From positions 930,001 to 994,000 of the forward strand of contig OZ237745.1 of assembly GCA_965178125.1 (NCBI GenBank): a stretch of 64,000 bases of DNA. The letters are read 5' to 3'. The position numbers and the translations under genes are program-made. The stretch is from Bilabrum cf. latius (lineage: Eukaryota). Of this stretch, positions 59,255 to 64,000 are shown piece after piece. Positions within the stretch are counted from its first letter, which is position 1; each line of letters starts with the position of its first letter. The notes below the pieces were generated by a model. That model saw only the letters and a list, made by a program, of their open reading frames with translations. It did no database searches and was not told where the DNA came from.

Positions 59255-62200
59255 TTATCGACCATCGTCATCAGAGTCCGCCACGTCACCAAACTCCCAC
59301 AGATTCTCACCAGCCTTCTTTGCTGTGTCTTGAGCCTCCCTCAGCAGCTTGACGTATTCTGCATCAGCCACGGCCACTGCGTCGCTCCGGTCGTCTGCGA
59401 GGCGGCGCTCGGCATCCCTCGACTCGATGAAGGAGAGCCTGTGGAAGCCCTGCTCCATCAGCTCAACGCCGGGGTACGAATCATCATCGCTCACCGGCAG
59501 CAACGTAACGCGCATGCGATTCGAGGCATCCCGCCCGTGGATTCGGCAACGGAACGACTCGTTCAGCGTGAGGGCCGCGAGGCTCGCCCGCGCAGCCTCG
59601 CCGAGGCGCTGGTCCTCAATGGGCTTGCACCGCATGAAGGCGAGCGTGCAAGGGCGCGCCAGGGGCGGGATGGCGGCAATGGTCGAACTTCCCACGGGGC
59701 GCATCATGGACTGCGGCACGGCGTCCATGTTGCCGTAGTCGATAAAGAGCACCTTGTGCAGCTTCTCGCCGCCAGCACCGGCCCCGCTCGCAGCACCAGC
59801 TGCCTCCTTCTCCTCCTCACTGAGGGGGCCCTCCACGCGAGCACGGTACCAGGCAACGGCGCCATCCTCGTCGGTGAACAGCGCCGCGACGATGCTGTTC
59901 TTGCGTGTCTCCACGGGGGCTGGAGAAGTCCCGTGCTGCTCGAGGAGCTGCTGCATGTAGTCCTGCACGCGGTCCAGCCTGGACCTGTCCCCGTCGGCCT
60001 GCATCATCACGTTCACGCCGTCCACCACCTCTGAGACCGTCATGCGCGTGATGGTCTCGGTCGTCCGCACCTCCTCCTCGGCCTCGGCCTCCTCCTCTTC
60101 CTCCTCCCACAGCCCCCTTCGAGCAGACCGCGCGCTCTCCTGCGCGGCCTCGTACTCGGCGCTCAAGCTGCCCGGGGCACCGCGGGGAATGAATCGGGCG
60201 AGGCCTCTCTGCAGCAAGTCAGTGCCGATGTTCACCTCCTTGCCGTTGAGATCGAAGATGAGCGTACCCAGCGCAGTGCCGCGCTGGTCGGCGTCCTCAA
60301 CAGAGATCGTCACGTCGCGGTGAGTGAGCACGTTCTTGCAGTACTCCGAAGCGACGTCCCCGAAGGGCTCCCCATCCCTTGCGGGTAGCGCAGCACCGTC
60401 GCTGCCCCGTCCAGAGCTCCTCGCCGTGCGAGGGCACCTGACCCCAGCCAGCGCGAGCACCATCTCGCACTTGCGCTCGGGCACGCGGACCTTGAACCGC
60501 CCGCCGGCCATGACGTACTCCACTACAGCGGCCATGGATCGCTCCCGCTGCAGGAAGGGCAGCTCGTCGCGCATAAGGTTGGCTCGGGCGCTGATGTCAG
60601 TGGAAGTGTACACCGGCCCGGCCACGGTACCGTCTGAGTTCCGCTTGCCGTGTACGCCGCGGGAGGCCTTCTTCGCCTCCTGCTCGGCGATCATGAGCGA
60701 GTCGTACGAAGAAGCCTTGTTCTCGTCCGCGCGGTGCCTCACCACCGTGCAGTATCCCTTGCCTGCGACAGAGCAGGATGACTTGGAGCATGGGCAAGGA
60801 AACTGTCGCACATAAATAGTTCTGCTGTGTAGACGCTCCACACAGTCACCGCATGCTCAAAGCAAACAGAAACGATACAAGCAGCCCTCAGCAATACTGC
60901 ACGAGGCAGGTTTGTCGGTCAAGGAACCGCGGCTAAGCCAGCGGCATAAAGTCCGTAGTCTAACATGTGTAAGTGCATCCTTGGGCTGGAGCGCAAGCAG
61001 GGCAGGCAAGAGCATGGCATGCACGAGACACACGAAAACACGCGCACGGCACGCAAAATGGTCCACGGCAGCAACTTCAACCGCGATACAAGCTCGGAGT
61101 GGGCAAAGCGACAGACGGAATGCACTGGCATCGCGAGAAGGTACGCACACGAATTGAAACTCTCTCACTAACTAGCTCGATCGCCGGCTCGGCCCTGTCC
61201 CTTGGCGCGCTCTTGAGGACGATCGTCCCGCACCTGCGCTCGCGTGCCGCCAGCCCCACGGCTCCCTCGGCTGGCTGCCTGGCGTAGTCGATGGTGACGA
61301 GGACCTGCTGCCCGATGAGAGCCGTCCGCAGCAGCTCCCTAGCATGCATGGCGTAGGGCTCCATGCCCTCCCCCCTGCGGCCCATCCTCGGGGCGCGGAT
61401 CGAGGCAAGGGTGACCCGCCTGTGCTCCAGCCGAGGGGCGGAAGGGGTGCCCTTCTCCACGGTCACCACCACGGTGTCCCCTGAAGGCACCTCGCTGACA
61501 GTGCCCTCGAACGCCTGTTCCCCGGACACGGTCGCGGGGGCCCAACCCTTCCACAGCCGCAGGCGCCTGTCCTTTGCGAAGTTCTCGGCCGCTCGCATGG
61601 ACAGGATCCGCTTGGGCTCCACTGCGTCCAGGCTGCGATCAACCATGCGCGCCAGGCCCATCTTGAGGAGCACTTCTGCGATGTCGCCCTTGGGGTGCTC
61701 CACTCTGCCGACGAAGTTGCCGTATGAGTCCACCCCGCCGAAGTGCACGGTGACGTCGCGGTGCGTGAGCCGCTTCATCGTGTTGTGCTTGGCCTCTAAG
61801 GCGTGGGGCTCGGGCTGGGGCTTGGCCTCCCCGCCCGCGCCCGCGCCGCTCGCGGCTCCTACCCGGCCCCCTGCGTTCACGCGAGGGCACTGGACGCCGG
61901 CGAGATAGAAGGTCACGAGATCGAACGAGGGCACGAGCAGGATCTGCATGCTGGCGCCGTCACGCACCCGCTGCACGATGCCGTGCTGCGGCTCCCCCTT
62001 CACCTTCGCGAGGAATGACTTGGGGTTGGACACACCGTACTTGACGTCGCGCACGGAGCTCAGGTCTGCGCCCTGGAAGATGCCGCGGCTGTCTTGCTTG
62101 GCCTGTGCGCTCAAACGTTCCAGTTCTTCGTAGTTGTAAGCTTTCCCAAATCGAGTCGCGGATTCGCCGTCGACGTGGGCCCAACCATGCTCGGCAACAA

Positions 62201-62627
62201 GCTCGCCAACGTTGCGGTCGCCCAGGTGCACGGCCGCAAACTCGCGCTACTTCGATGCATCACGGCCTCTAGAATACTCTAACTGAAATCGTACCTTCTT
62301 GCCGATGAGAAGCCTCCGCAGGAACTCGCGAGATGGCCAAGCAAAGGCCTCATCGTCAGTCTCGCTATGAAAAGCTAGGCGAGGTGCGGACAAGGAGGAT
62401 AGGTTCAGCTTCTTCATTGGAGGCCGTCCACGAGTATCATCACCCATTACGATGATCGTGTCCCCAGACAAAACCTCAACAACAGTGCCGGGCTTCCCGA
62501 GATCCGACGCTGCGCAACGTGCCGAAAGAATCAAGAGCATATTTCGACCCATGAAACACAGGAATGAAAGATTGAGCGAATCAACAAACAAATATACATC
62601 AACTATCGGGCAGAGCCACTCACCCAT
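59255..62627 (-). CDS. SND1: Tudor staphylococcal nuclease (4 SN domains + Tudor-SN5)
   Basis: VLSGDT..LSSLSAPR..AWPSREFLRRLLIGK; VRDG; EVPSGDT; WYRARV; FIDYGN; LWEFGD. Introns 62623-62510 and 61168-60763; one in-frame TAG at 62247; TAA stop at the expected C-terminus. Confidence 0.95.
60882..60988 (-). ncRNA. Intronic box C/D snoRNA, snR58/SNORD104-like guide for LSU rRNA
   Basis: Terminal stem CAGCCC/GGGCTG, C-like box AGGATGC and D box CTGA. The 14-nt guide ACACATGTTAGACT lies before D' CGGA and is complementary to the conserved LSU segment AGUCUAACAUGUGU. Confidence 0.75.
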
Positions 62628-62760
62628 GGCTCAGAAGGCTGTCAGAGTGACTATTATTTCCCGAGCGGTGGCACAAAATCGGATCAGGGTGATATTTATA
62701 CCGTGCACTTTTGCGAGTTGCATTTTTGAGCTGCAGCAATTCATACGGCTTTTGTCGGTG

Positions 62761-63351
62761 ATGGATCCTGTTGGTGGAAGTTTATCATATTATGGCGTGA
62801 AATCATAGCTACATACGACAACTTCTGTGATTGGAGAAGAAGATAGAGCATCTGGTACGGTAGAACGAACTTATCGACTGCACCTCAGACCACAGCGACA
62901 TGTTCGTTGGACTGGAGATGTTGTTGACAACGAGCACCTAGACAAGAAGAAGTCAAATGTATGTTGCATTTATCATCCACCGAAACGATGGGACGAGAGC
63001 AGTTCTGACAGCGACAGCTCCAGCGGAGACACTGCCCGGAGAGTATCTGCTAGGCGACGCTATCAGAGACAGCGACGATTGTCTTCGGAATCCAGCAATT
63101 CCTCATCAGATGATCGGAGAATCGTAGTTTCTCGTGCAGCGAGTGATCCGATGAACTCAAGCTCGGGCCCAACTTTGGGCGTGGCAAGCTCGGACCCTTC
63201 AACACGCGCGCAGGAGCGGTCCTCTGGCTTTGCCCAATGTGCCAGCTCGAAATCTCCAGTTGCAGAGCAATTTGGTGCATTGGTTGCAAAACCTTCTGCC
63301 GATTAGGCCGGTGTCCGTGCATCGCGGGATGGAGCCGGTGGAGGCACGTGA
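62761..63351 (+). CDS. PPP1R11: Protein phosphatase 1 inhibitor-3 (Ypi1/PPP1R11)
   Basis: [30 protein letters not shown] followed by ESSSDSDSS. TAGs at 62806 and 63304; TGA at 63349. Confidence 0.88.
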
Positions 63352-64000
63352 CGTGCAGACTGTAGTAGTCTACTTGGTTGGGTTCTCTGGCTTGCTGTGC
63401 AGTATCCTTTAGTTCTTTAGTTGGACCAGGCAGGATGGACTCTGCGTAGAGTTGCTCGCAGGTGGACAGCTTAATTTGCGGTCTGACTGCGATGGGCCAC
63501 AGGTCAAGCAGTCACGAAAGGGGTAGGAACTGCATTGAATGGGACTCACGCATGAGCGCGTGAGCCAGATGGTGACGTGGATAGCATAGATATCCGTCTA
63601 GACTCATGCGATGGAATTCGCCCGTGTATCATGCTGGGGAAACTGGGAACACCAGTGGGCTCAAGACAGGCCTGCTGCCGGCGAGGTGCCCGTAATGAAT
63701 GCCGCCGGCGAGAACTAATGCATTGAAGCCAGCACACCTTGTATTCCACCGTGGCTGGACATATACAAGCTTGTGTCGCTAGGCTCCAATAAGCTCAGCA
63801 TTAGGAAGACCGCGAACGAGCGAACGAATCTTGATTTTCGGGCAATCTGTGCGCTGTGTGGAGGTGGCTTCGATGCTAGCGTCCGAGTCCGCGATTGCCC
63901 AGCAATTGCTGGAGTCCACAACCCATGCGTGCCTCCCATTCTCATGGGTGGTTGGTGCGGGTAAAAAAGATCAGGGTGGCACCGATTCCCTGTTGATTTG

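Noticed and set aside
59255-59257. TAA also read as Gln (standard ciliate code 6)
   Set aside because: The only in-frame TAA falls at the expected SND1 C-terminus, and none occur internally even in CAA-rich genes. Evidence is limited to this window.
1-64000. Widespread pseudogenisation or RIP-like C->T mutation as the source of in-frame TAGs
   Set aside because: Such damage would also create TAA and TGA. Essential genes (DHX16, PWP2) are otherwise intact, and TAG/CAA pairs need two changes.
63420-64000. Possible gene at the right edge
   Set aside because: Only short frames with no recognisable motif; cannot be supported.

Overview
Compact, intron-containing nuclear DNA of a flagellated microbial eukaryote (about 19 genes, GT-AG introns, many head-to-head gene pairs). 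The main discovery is a non-standard nuclear genetic code in which TAG is a sense codon, almost certainly Gln, while TGA (17 gene ends) and TAA (1 gene end) remain stops. TAG occupies the invariant Gln of DEAH-helicase motif VI and conserved Gln positions of PWP2. It also interchanges with CAG/CAA between two paralogues in the window, and I found no in-frame TAA. The fragmented ORF track collapses into long intact genes under this code: a GIDE-like gene, a RING-like gene, two inverted ~2400-aa TmcB-like PAS membrane proteins, AK7, RSP3, CEP76, PWP2, a TBC RabGAP, a Crinkler/RHS-like NTPase-nuclease, a pogo-type DD35D transposon with 25-bp TIRs, a mitochondrial sHSP, an atypical Hv1-like channel, ELP3, a furin-repeat/TM/RING ligase, a membrane protein, DHX16/Prp2, Tudor-SN and PP1 inhibitor-3. 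There are also two intronic box C/D snoRNA candidates, one tandemly amplified four times. Gene identities come from motif recognition by eye; no searches were run.
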